Origin: Hypanus sabinus
Taxonomy: Eukaryota
Direction: 5' to 3'
Assembly: GCF_030144855.1 (NCBI RefSeq)
Contig: NC_082724.1
Coordinates: 16,430,001 to 16,494,000 of the forward strand
DNA: 64,000 bases
Below the pieces are notes generated by a model that saw only the letters and a list, made by a program, of their open reading frames with translations, had not been told where the DNA came from and searched no databases. Position numbers and translations under genes: made by a program. How positions within the stretch are numbered: position 1 is the first letter of the stretch; each line of letters opens with the position of its first letter. Positions 24,132 through 35,934 of the stretch are shown in pieces.

Positions 24132-24429
24132 CCTGAGGAATGGGCATAGCCAAGCATATTCATTTCCCAATTACTGGGAACATTCGGGCTGTTCTCGGGA
24201 TGTTTAGTATCGTGGTTTTCTGGAGATTTACATAAATATTGCTGTGTAGACCTATTGTTTAATGCTTTTGTGTAGTGACTTTGGGATGATACCAGTTGTC
24301 AATATTTTTACTGGGACAATGTATGATCTGTTCATTTTCCATAGTCTGTCAATTTCCTCTTTTAATTGAGCATATTTCTGGTATTTTTTACTTACTGATT
24401 TCTGTATGCTATGGCTATTTCTATTAGGT

Positions 24430-25070
24430 AAGTTGTTCCCTATATTTCCACTGTTTCTGGAAGGATCAACAGGATCCTAAAGAAATATCAGATTAATACC
24501 ATCCACAAACCCATAAGGAAGCTCAATTCACAATTTACGCAAGTTAAAGGTGACCTGGGTCTCAGGCTGGCTGGCCCTGTGACTTATATTGGGCAGGCAG
24601 AGTGCATGATGGAACCCACATCAAGAAGAATAGGAGTTGTATCCATTTGGGTTACTGGGAGAAATCAGTGGTAATATAACATTGCATTCGCAATGGCCAT
24701 AGGATTGGCATTGATGGCACAAAACTACCATGTTGCGCCAGTGGCTTTTGGGAATGCCCGGTGAAGGAAGCCATTGAAATAAAACTAGAGAAAAAGAATT
24801 AACAAAGATGAAGTTCTCACTCAAAGTAAGAACTGACATTTGATTATAAACAAGATTAGGACAGTGGAAACCTGATTTGTTGAGGACTAACCAATCAAGA
24901 GGTTCAGACAATGAAGGTATATATACCATCGGACTAGACATGCCTAAGCATCATTCCGGATCAAAATGGCAGAGTTTGTCATCAAAATGTTGGTTAAAAT
25001 TGTCACCTGTACCTGGCTGGTAGCCCGAGAAGAATTTATTTGTTATATACGCTGGGAAAGATCCTTTTTC
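24430..25070 (+). mobile_element. Second-family Penelope-like GIY-YIG fragment inside Dong copy B
   Basis: A YIGQ-like motif near 24585 and a degenerate hammerhead-like stem (atggcagagtttgtcat) near 24960-24990. Confidence 0.5.
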
Positions 25071-25421
25071 TGGCTTGATTATCCTGTAATATTATATCCA
25101 GATGGTTATTATGGATTGTCATAACTACAATCATGGATTGATCATCATATAATTTGTTGAAATCTAACTCTAAAACTGGATCAGGCTTGTATTTATAGTA
25201 AGGTATAGTGTCCTTTATGAGTTTGTACTTTAAAGCAAGATTTTAGTGAATGATGTTTACCTGATGATTATGCCTATGTAAGTAAGCAGGTTGAGTTAAG
25301 CTGCTACAGGATCCTGCAATGTGTTGAATTGTTTCTGGTTTCTCTGGGCATTTTCTGCCTTTATTGTCTTGAATTTGTTGTGTTTTATTACGTATTTTTG
25401 ATCATTTTATTATGTTAACCA

Positions 25422-25840
25422 CAAAGTTTAAAATAAATTTATTATCAAAGTATATACAGTATATGTCACCATATATAACCCTAGGACTCATTTTCTTGTG
25501 CACATCTCAATGAATCCATAGAAGAATTATCACCATAATAGAATCAATGAACTGCACCAATAAGGCAAAAGACAATAAATTGTACAAATGCAAAAAGAAA
25601 GAAAAATTAGTAATAGATAACCAGTAAGTATCAAGATCATGAGATGAAGAGTCCTTGATGTGAGTCTATAGATTGTGGGAACATTTCAGTGATGGGGCAA
25701 GTAAAGATGAATGAAGTTACCCCTTTGGTTCAAGAGCCTGATGGTTGAGGGGTAATAACTATTCCTGAACCTGATTGTGTGAGTCTTGAGGCTTCTCTAC
25801 CACCTCCTTGATGGCAACAATGACAAGAGAGCATGACCTA
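25422..25840 (-). mobile_element. Rex1-type LINE 3' tail fragment
   Basis: Reverse complement of the tail seen at about 5750-6075; related tails lie near 1-400, 31245, 35935, 38760, 49052 and 63615. Confidence 0.55.
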
Positions 25841-26084
25841 GTCCCATATTGCCAAAGGAACTCCTCTGTTTCTGGGAAGAGGTCTCCAACTCTGAGCCGG
25901 GCATTCAACGCTTCCTTGTAAACATCTAGACTGCTAAGATTGTGGGGAGCTCTTCCATGGAGAGTCATACTCATTCAATGCTTAACATTTTCTTCTGTAG
26001 TGATAAATTCTTCATTTTTCTGATTTGTGCTTTCATTTAAGTTTAGTGATTTGTACTTTTTTTTAATCAGAATTGCATATGAAT

Positions 26085-27770
26085 TGAATTGACTTTATTA
26101 CTTACATCCTTCATATACATGAGGAGTAAAAATCTTTACATTACATCTCCATCTAAATGTGCAATTTATAGTAATTTATAATAAATAGTATGTACAATAG
26201 GATAGTCAATATAACATAGAAATACAGTTGTGTCAGCATGAATTAAGCAGTCTGATAGCCTGGTGGAAGAAGCTGTCCCGGAGCCTGTTGGTCCTGGCTT
26301 TTGTGCTGCAGTACCATTTCCCAGGTGGTAGCAGATGGAACAGTTTGTGATTGGGGTGACTCGGGTCTCCAATGATCCTTCAGGCCCTTTTTATACACCT
26401 GTCTTTGTAGATGTCCTGAATAGTGGGCACTGGTCTGTCCGCACCACTCTCTGCAGAGTCTGGCGATTAAGGGAAATACAGTTCCCATACCAGACAGTGA
26501 TGCAACCAGTCAGGATGCTCCCAATTGTGCCCCTATAAAAAGTTCTTAGGATTTGGGAACCCATCCCAAACTTCCTCAACCATCTGAGGTAAAAGAAGCG
26601 CTTTTGTACATTTTTCACCACGCAGCTGGTATGTACAGACCATGTGAGACCTTTGGTGATGTTTATGCCAAGGAACTTAAAGCTGTTCACGCTCTCAACC
26701 CCAGGTCCATTGATGTCACTAGAAGGAAGCCTGTCTCCCTTCCTCCTGTAGTCCACAATCAGCTCCTTTGTTTTTCTGACTTTGAGGGAGAGGTTGGTTG
26801 CTTGACACCACTGTGTCAGGGTGATGCCTTCTCTTTTTTTTGAGTGCCATATTCTGCCAGAGCATCAGCGACCACTTTTTGTTCAAGTGGTTGTCCTGGA
26901 GGAAAGATTTTGTGAGTGGTCCCCTACGTCCTTCTCACAGCGCAGTTGTTTTTTTTTGTGTGAGGCTGAGTTGTGAGCTCAGCACTCAACCCAGAACAGA
27001 TAGAAAGTGTACCCAGGAGCAGCCCGACTGGGTTCGAACTCAGGAACCTTCGCTCCAGAGACCAGCACTGATGTCACTGCGCCACCAACCGGCTTTAATT
27101 AAGCTATTTAAAACAAGTTCAGAATTTAAAAGAATTTAGTAATTGTGACCAAGGATGTAATATGCAGTGTTGAAATCCAACTAGCTCACTGAGTCCAAGA
27201 ATGCTACATCACAGAAGCAGGCCATTTAGCCCATCCAGTCCACGCTAACCTGTAATTCTACCTAGTCCTATCAACCCACACATGGATCTCTGTAGGGTCT
27301 CTGTAGGCTGCCTCATTATTATTTGAGATTTGGCCAATCAATGTAGTGTGGTCAGCAACTTTAATTAGCAGATTGGAGCTGTGGGTGGCGACACAGTCAT
27401 GGGTATACAGAGAGTAAAGGAGATGGCTTAGGACACAGCCCTGAGGGGCACCTGTGTTGAAGGGCAGAGGTGAGGGAACCCACACTTACCACCTGCTGGC
27501 AATCTGACAGGAAGTCTAGAATCCAGCTGCACAAGGCAGGGTCAAGGCCGAGGTCTCTGAGCTTCTTGTCGAGCCTGGAGAGAACTTTAGTGTTGAGTGC
27601 TGAACTGTAGTCCAAGAACAGCATTTTCACATAAGCATCCTCCTTTGCCAGATGTTTAAGGACGGTGTGTAGTGCAATGGCTATTACATCATCTGTCGAA
27701 CGGTTTTGGGGGTAGGCAAATTGTAGGGGGTCCACTGTGGGTGGTAGCATGCTGCAGATGTAGTCCTCAC
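26085..27770 (-). mobile_element. Rex1/Babar LINE, interrupted at about 26835-27297
   Basis: VDPLQFAY..NRSTDD, MLFLDYSSALNT, GAPQGCVLS.LLYSLYTHDC and FKFLGINIT motifs. Confidence 0.85.
26835..27093 (-). mobile_element. tRNA-derived SINE
   Basis: Minus-strand head GCCGGTTGGTGGCGCAGTG...GAGTTCGAACCC; A-tail seen as a T-run at 26835. Confidence 0.75.
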
Positions 27771-28484
27771 ATGGAGTGCTGAATCTCGTTTTTGTTGGTG
27801 AAAGGATATCCTTACGAGTTTTATCCGACTATTATTTTTATTATTATTCATGGATTTCCATTGGGTACTCCAGTTCCTTAGGTGGCTGAAGGATCAAAAC
27901 GGGCATGGAGGGGTTCTGGTTGATGGGCATAAGTAAGAAAATAAATTACAGAGAAATTGGAGAAACAGCGGCGAAGGAATTTCTCTGAGAGCTGCCTGGC
28001 CACCTTTAATGCTGTTAGAAATTATGGGAAAAATATATGAGAGAAGATTTGATAGAAGTATATAAAATTATGAGTGGTATAGATAGGGTAAATGCAATTA
28101 GGCTTTTTCCATTGAGGTTGAATGAGACTAGAATTGGAGATCATAAGTTATGGGTGAAAAGTGAACTACTTGATGGCAACCTGAAAGAGAACTTCTTCAT
28201 TCAGAGGGTGGTATGAGTGTAAAATGAGCTGCCAGTGGAAGTGGTGGATGGAGGTTTGAGTGCAACATTTTTTTAAATGGATGCAGGGCCATGGTCCAGG
28301 TGCGGGTTGATAGGACTAGGTAGAATTACAGGTTAGTATGGACTGGATGGGCTAAATGGCCTGCTTCTGTGATGTAGCGCTCTTGGACTCAGCGAGTTAG
28401 TTGGATTTCAACACTGCATAGTACATCCTTGGTCACAATTACTAAATTCTTTTTAATTCTGGACTTGTTTTACATAGCTTAATT
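27097..28484. repeat. Inverted repeat, arms of ~190 bp (27097-27288 and 28293-28484), spacer ~1 kb
   Basis: aattaagctatttaaaacaagttcagaatt... is the near-exact reverse complement of ...aattctggacttgttttacatagcttaatt along the whole arm. Confidence 0.9.
28040..28385 (+). mobile_element. CR1 LINE 3' fragment
   Basis: LIEVYKIMSGIDRVN-like coding and a CR1 3' tail (gggctaaatggcctgcttctgtg). Confidence 0.7.
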
Positions 28485-29259
28485 TAAAAATTTCAGCTAC
28501 CTTGGTGGGATTTTGGACTTGTCATCTGTTTGTTAATCTAAGGCTCTCATTGCTAGTTTGGTTAAATAACCATAATGCTACTGTACTAAATTCTGTCAAT
28601 TTTAACAGTAATAGAACTGAAATTTACATTAATTTGTCAAGTGGAACATTTCCCTCATGTTGTGTTAGTGTTGAACAATCCCTCGTGTCAAATACAGTAT
28701 ATGTTAGCTGCAGGGTAGAGTTTCTAATAAATTCTCACTAGTTCATTTGTTACAACTCTGTTTCCCAGAGCAACACCTTTTCGCAGGCCCCTAGAACAAC
28801 TCAGTTAATTAGTGCCCATTTTTGAGTAATTTTGTACTACGGAACCATATCTGCTGGGAACCAAGCTGCAGCTATTGCGAGCTGCAGAATGGGGAGTGTT
28901 GGGAGAACACTGCAGCAATAGAAGTTTATTTTTCTGAAGTGCATGTTAGAAACTTTTCTTCAAAACATCTATGTCACACGTTGAATGTGGGTCTGTAAAG
29001 TTGTTCAATTTGTAATCTATTGCTTTAATTGATTACAGAATCTATTGCATGAATTGTATTTTTCTTTAGTGCATCGAGTGTTAGTCTTTTGTAATTTTTA
29101 TTCTTTTTTTTCTTTAACGAGGTTTTTTTGGGTTGCTTGTTTTGTGGCCATTTGTGAGCAAGCAAATCTCATCATTTATACAATCATTAATTATAGATGA
29201 ATCTTGATAATATATGCTATAGGAGAAAATGGTGAATACATAAGAATATATTTCTAAAG

Positions 29260-30008
29260 CAGTGGTTCCCAACCTTTTTTTGGCCATGCGCCACCTAATC
29301 ACCTCTAAAATCCTGATGCCCCCTGTGGTGATATATAATTCTTATTATTCAAAAAATGAACTCCTATTCACCTGGAGGAAGCCTAAAAGACCATTAACTT
29401 GGTTTAAACAAGCTTCCAAAGAACATAGCGTTCATGAAAGAGAAAATGAAAAGAACCAAAGGACTGTTAAAGTTCTGAGGAAGAAATTACTAAGAAATTG
29501 TAAAAAAAAAGAACATTAAGTGATATTAAAATAATAAGAAGAAGAAATAAATAAAACAATGCCGATTCGTTTCTACAGCATACAAAGACAGATACACCGT
29601 TTAAAAGAGATGACGCAATATACACACCTTCACACCACCAAGAACCGAAAGCTACTGCAAAAAGCAGCATTGGCGCGACCTCGTACGAGTTTCTTATGCG
29701 TTTGGACTTGTTCATTCATTCCTTCCTACGTCAGTCAATTCATTAATTTAATTTTGAAAGCCATTTGATGGTTGTAATGATGGTGATACACTATATACAC
29801 AGTACATACACAATTACACATATACATACACACAAGTATTTTTATGTATGCATACTGTATATACACATATGTATTAACTCGCACACACACTCATACTCAC
29901 ACAGACTTACTAGAAAAAATACACTGTTAATAACTCATTCTCGAATTGCCCCCCTTAAAAATCAAATTACCCCCCTGTGGGGCGTACGCCCCACGTTGGG
30001 AACCACTG
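29260..30008. mobile_element. Non-autonomous hAT (Charlie-like) element, 749 bp
   Basis: Perfect 14-bp TIR CAGTGGTTCCCAAC and perfect 8-bp TSD TTCTAAAG on both sides. Confidence 0.92.
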
Positions 30009-30094
30009 TTCTAAAGCAAACAAGTATGGTGTACATTAACAAGAAAGTGTTATACTGTGTTAAGTGTTATGGAATAGGACAAGACATGGCTGAT

Positions 30095-30462
30095 CGAATG
30101 GTGAAAGGCCTTGATAGAGTGCATATGGAAAGGATGTTTTCTAGGGTGGGAGAGTCTAAGACCAGAGGACCCAGCCTCAGAATAGAAGGGCATCTGTTCA
30201 GAATGGAGATGGAAGCGATTTCTTTCGGAAGAGAGTGGAGAATCTGAGGAAATCTTTAACAAAGGCAACTGTGGAGGCCAAGTCCTTATGTATATTTACA
30301 GCAGAGGTTGATAGATTCTTGATTGGTCAGGGCATGAAGGGATACAGAGAGAAGGTGGGAGATCGGAGCTGAGAGGAAAATTGGATCAGCGATGATGAAA
30401 TGACAGAGCAGATGCAATGGGCCAAATGGCCTAATTTTGCTCCTATATTGTATGGTCTTATG
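30095..30462 (+). mobile_element. CR1 LINE 3' fragment
   Basis: MVKGLDRVHMERMFSRVGESKTRG.SLRIEG; tail similar to 48100-48315. Confidence 0.8.
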
Positions 30463-30604
30463 TCAATACTTATTGGAATAAGGGGCTTTAAAAGGATTTG
30501 TCAATTGGCCTGTGAAGGAAATGGCTTCTCAAAATAACAAATGGAAAAATATTTTGACTTGAGATTTGCAGGTTTAGTAAGAGTAAAATTGTAAGTGTCC
30601 ATTA

Positions 30605-31025
30605 CACCATAAGATATCGGAGCAAAATTAGGCCATTTGGCCCATTGAGTCTGCTCCGCCATTTCATCATGTCTGATCCATTTCCCTCTCAGCCCCAATA
30701 TCCTGCTTTCTCCTGATAACCCTTCATGCCCTGACTAGTCACGAACCTATCAACATCTGCCTTAAATTTACCCAATTTCTTGGCCTCTACAGCTGTCTAT
30801 GGCAATAAGTTCCACAGATTCACCACTCACTGGCTAAAGAAATTCCTCCTCATCTCCATTCTAAATGGATGTCCCTCTATTCTCAGACTGTGCCCTAGAC
30901 TCCCTAACTACTGGAAACATCCTCTCCATATCCGCTCTATTAAGGCCTTAAACATTTGACAGATTTCAATGAGATCTTCCCTCATTTTTCTGAAATCCAG
31001 GGAGCACAGGCCCAGAGCCAAGTGT
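30605..31025 (-). mobile_element. CR1 LINE 3' fragment
   Basis: LGLCSLDFRKMREDLIE motif; inverted relative to the 30095 copy. Confidence 0.8.
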
Positions 31026-31759
31026 CTTCCATTATTACTACATAAAACAGACAGCAGTTTCTGATATCTGCATACCATTAAGCGTAGCAATAAAGTTGCT
31101 GTCAGTGATATCCTGCAGCTGCAAAGTCTGGCACTACAGCATTTACCAAGTCACCAAATCTATCCAAAATTTACCTGACAATAGGTAAGAATTTAAACCT
31201 TTTACACATGAGATGAAATTCAGATTTGTCACTCCTTGGTTATCAAAGTTCAAAGTACATTTGTTATCAAAGTACTGTATGTACACTTTTTACAGCCTTG
31301 AGATTAGTCATTTTGCAGGCACCTACAAAACAAAGAAACCATATAGAACCCATTTAAAACAAAAGACCATCAAACACCCCATGTGCAGAGAGGGAAAAAA
31401 AAGTGCAAACAATAAAAGTGAGCAAACAGCATTCAGAACGGAAGTTCACAAAAGTGAGCCCACCCTGTGGTACTTGCAGGCCACTGCCACAGTTCGGTGC
31501 AGAGATGAGTAAATCTTACGGAGCAGTGAGCTGAAGTTCTGTGCAGAGTCGAGTAAACATCACCAAGCAGCGATTGAACCAACCCATACCACACCCCTGC
31601 CCCCGGCACCCTGACATTTTTAATCTGGGCCTGACACTTAAATTGTTCAAGCCTGGGTCATTCCTTGCTCTCGGACCTGGGCCTTCTCCCCGAATTGCCT
31701 GACCCGCTGGAATTTCCATTATATTTGTTATAGATTGGTTGCATTTAGTTACAGGGCTG

Positions 31760-32030
31760 GCCCAGTGGCGTAGCAGCTGGCATTATGCTTTACAGCACCA
31801 ACGTTCTGTATTTGTATGCTCTCCCCTTGATTGCATGGATTCCCTCCAGGTACTCTGGTTTCCTACCACATTCCAAAGACGTATGAATTAGTAAAGGTAA
31901 ATTGTGGGCATGTTATGTTGGCATGGGAAGCATGGCAACAATTGCGGGCTGTCCCCAGCACATCCTCAGGCAGTTTTGGTCAGTGACACGAATGACACAT
32001 TTGTTTTGATGGACAGGGGACAAATAAAAA
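31760..32030 (+). mobile_element. V-SINE
   Basis: tggcgtagc head and V-core (ctctggtttcctaccacattccaaagac). Confidence 0.65.
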
Positions 32031-33494
32031 TCATTATCCTTAAGATCTTTACATTTTAGCTTCTCCATTATCATACACATATACCCCATCAATAAAAGGA
32101 TTAAAATTATTAATTATGTTTCTTTTTTTTTACCTGCTGTCTCTGATAATGTTCATCATTAAGCCACACTGTTGCTACATGAGAGAAGTGGTGCCAGATT
32201 TAAAGTTGTGCCAGAGGCAATCCTCATTTCTGCCAAGTGTTTGCGATCGACTTCTAGGTCAACTGTAGTGATGACTCACTGCCATGACTCTGCAAATACA
32301 AGTTCGTTATACACATGATTTCCTAATCGGTGGGATTTCTCAAGAGGCTATTTTTGGTGATTTCTTTTATAGTATTCTACTTTTTTCTTGTTTTTGGAAA
32401 CTATCGTGCATTCTTCTTTGCAGTTGAGAATTGTGTTTTGTCTTCTACTGTAGTATCCTCAATCATATAATTGAAATTGGATTTAGTAAAGTTATGTACT
32501 GTGGGATTGTACAAGAGGTTACTTATATGGAGCTCTCTCTGTAATGAGGTGAGAATAATTGCAGCTACACCTTTTCATGAAACTATAGTCATTAGTTTTC
32601 ATTCAATATACTAAATATGTCTTTCACATTAATAGATGTGCAGGTGTTAGCACTTTTGATCTAAGTCTTTTTTCAGTATATTTTAAGTTAGTAAAATATA
32701 TTTTTAGTTTTCTGTAATATTTCTGTTTCTATTGTGAAGCAATTATCTTGTTACTTTGCCAAACTTAGAACACGTTATTCAACCAATTTTTTTCTTTATC
32801 AAGATCTGATTTGTGTTAGCTATTTAAAAGAATAATCTCACCTTTTAAACAAATAACTCTGAACTTCCTCATGTACAAATGTTTGTAGTTTTGTTCATTA
32901 TTTTAAATTTCATGTCATTCATATTAAGAGAAATATATTTACCATTTACTTGTTCCAGAGGTTTGTAAAATTAAAGCTATCAGACATAGACTAAGAGTTA
33001 AATGGATGAATTTCGAGAATACCTTTGTACTTTTTAACTACAACTGGATGTAAAGTTACAATGGATTTCTTCTGCTGAGATAAGCATAACTTTTAACCCT
33101 GTAAACTTCAAAATACGCTTATTGATAATGGAATCAAAATTTAAATTGAGGTTGGGGATGAACAGGAATCCTAGATTATCTGATTTACAGAAAGAGATAT
33201 TGAAGGCAGTATTTAAGAGAAAACTGGAGAGATTTTAGCAGGGAAAAAAAAACAGAATTTCCTTATTTCCATGGATTACCTCCTGGTATTATTCCTACAT
33301 AATCTCCTTTCATGTATCTTTCTCTGAAATCCTTAGAATGCATGGAATCATTCTTCCATATTATCATTAGTGAGGTCATTCAGTCATCCAGTGTTTCTAT
33401 TGGGTTGGGACAATTGATTTTTACCATCATAAAACCATCATCAAAAATCATTATTTTTAAAACTTATTTTAAGTTTACGTATTAGAGTGATGCT

Positions 33495-33712
33495 GTTGCC
33501 TCTAATGAGTTTGTACATTCTCCCTGTGACTGTGTGGATTTCCTCCGGGTGCTCAGGTTTCCTCCCACAGTCCAAAGACATGCTGTTTGGCAGGTTAATT
33601 GACCATTGTAACTTGTCCCGTGATTAGGCTAGGGTTAAATTGGAGGGTGCTTGGCAGTGCAGCCCACAGGGCTGGAAGGGCCTACTACGCACTGTATCTG
33701 AATAAAATAATT
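33495..33712 (+). mobile_element. V-SINE (5'-truncated)
   Basis: V-core ttcctccgggtgctcaggtttcctcccacagtccaaagac with an A-rich tail. Confidence 0.75.
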
Positions 33713-34260
33713 AAAAAATAAGAGTTGTGCACCCATTATCTAATTAGAATGTTAAGTGAAATAATCACCAGGACAGCTAACCAGATCACATTATCCTTAT
33801 TACTAAAATAAACATTAATTTGCTGTGGAATGCTCTATAAAGAAACCATTCAGATATAGTTTTCTTCAGCTGTAATCATACATGGGTTAAAGATGTGGCA
33901 GCTATGACAGCCACTAATCTAAGTCCTGTCAGCTCAGATAGATAACACTGAAGATTAGCAGAAAGTATACTGTTAAAAATGGTGAAAAGTGGTTCTTTTG
34001 GCATTGCTTTAGCTCTGCTTTACTATCTGTTTTTTTTATCTGACACAAAATCTGCACATTTGCAGAAATATTTAACTTGAAGAGGGTGTAATGGGTGCAA
34101 TATGTCCAACAGTAATTCTGAGAGAAAGCAAGAGGCATATTGGAGTTCAGAGTGCTGATTTATTCAAAAAAAAGTTTTGATTATTGAAACTTGGGGAACT
34201 GGATGTTAAAAGTGCTACATTGGAATATACAATTAGACTTATTTTCAGGAATGAGGTACA

Positions 34261-35155
34261 TTGGTTAATTTTTTTTCCTTTTTACAATATTTTTATTCAG
34301 AAGAAAAAGCAAGATTTACAGAGTGCAACACAGATACATCTCAACATAAATTGTGTACATTCATATATTGTAATAAAATTGATCAAAATGTTATAGCATA
34401 TCACATTAAGGTATACCACTCTGTAATCAAAAATTTAAAGATAGGTCATACATCATAAAATAATTTTTTTATATAAGAAAAAGTCAACCCCCTACCAACT
34501 ACCAAAGAAAAAAGCTGATGGATGATAATGGATAATTAGAAAAAACATACTCACTTAAGAAGAGAAGATAGAAATATACATAAAAGTCTGTGCACTATTA
34601 AACTTTATAAATTGGAAAAGTAATTTAGGAAAGGTCCCCAGATATCATAAAAAGATATGATATCTTTTAAATTCTTAAATGGGTTAATAAATCATCTTTC
34701 TGTACTCGTCATTCTCTTCTACAATTTAAAGTGGTTCATAGCGCTAACATTTCTAAACAGAAGCTGTCCAGTTTTTATCCAAACGTTTCTCCACTTTGTA
34801 ATAAATGCAACTCTGCTGATGCCTCTTTAATTCATATGTTTTGGTTTTGCCCTAAAATTGAAAAGTTTTGGCAGGAAGTATTCCATACCTTCTCACAACT
34901 TTTTAGGGTCCAATTTGACCCAAATCCCCTTATTGCCTTGTTTGGTATTATTGCAAATGAAGATATAACTTTAAATACTCCTAACCTACAGGTTTTAGTT
35001 TTTACTTCTCTTTTAGCAAGGAGAGCAATCTTGCTTAAGTGGAAGGAGTCTACCCCTCCTACACATCTTCAATGGCTACGTGATATTATGTCCTATTTAA
35101 ATTTAGAGAAGATCCGTTGCTCAGTGTTAAATTCAAAACAATGTTGGTTAATTTT
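34261..35155 (-). mobile_element. L1-clade LINE, 5'-truncated with a 5' inversion (twin priming)
   Basis: TSD TTGGTTAATTTT at 34261 and 35144. The minus-strand 3' end has AATAAA and poly(A) at about 34270-34297. The inverted plus-strand segment encodes the L1 ORF2 CCHC region (CNKC...HMFWFC). Confidence 0.88.
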
Positions 35156-35934
35156 AACTTAGTAATATAGATTGGAACTATTTTGTAACTATAAGAATGT
35201 GTCTATTTGGCAACATTCTCTGCTTAAGACCATCATGTATCTCCTTAATGTTCATACTTAGGTAGTGCTTGAAAACAAGTCATGCACAAACACCTCCAAG
35301 CTATTGGAGTAGTACTCTGAACCTTTGTCATTAATCATTAACCTTTAATGGGATAAACATTCCTATCAGCATACAGACAATTGAAGCATGTACAAATTGG
35401 CACAAATGGAAAAGGAAAAGTTCTTTGACCACCTCCAAATGAAAATAAATAAGGATTACTATTTCAGGATTAAGTATCCCTCCCATTCCTGATGCTGAGA
35501 GGAAATGGGAGAAATTTAAAGGGAAGTTGATGCAGATATATCTTAAAAAGCCCCAAAATAAAATTGTAAACATTTTGGCACCACTCTATTCTTAGAATAA
35601 TACAAATAGTAGTAACCAGAACCTTTTTGTTGGATGCCCAGACCAGTGTAATCCAACAGAGATCTGATTTACATTTATTTTTACTTTTGTGATCTTTGTC
35701 ATTGTTTATGCTCTCGCTCTCTTGTTTTTAGAGTTACAGACCTTGGTGCTTTCAATGCCAATGTGATTCATAAGGATGCAGTGTTACATCCTTTAAGCTC
35801 ACATATTGTATGCACCCATTCACGGTGCGTAATTCAGTGGCAACGTGGACTTGGTAAATATTATTGGGGAATGGCTGATAACAACAGTTAGTTGAAGTAT
35901 GAGACAACTTCCAACTACCAGTGAACATGTGAAC

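Larger units (their letters stand above)
24130..26080 (-). mobile_element. Dong/R4 non-LTR fragment, copy B (interrupted by Penelope-like and Rex1-tail insertions)
   Basis: Minus-strand KGRKCPEKPETIQHIAGSCSSLTQPAYLHRHN near 25250-25370; colinear with copy A. Confidence 0.7.

Noticed and set aside
23039-26080. Segmental duplication between 23.0-23.9 kb and 24.2-26.1 kb
   Set aside because: Both are diverged Dong/R4 copies, and the similarity does not extend into unique flanks.
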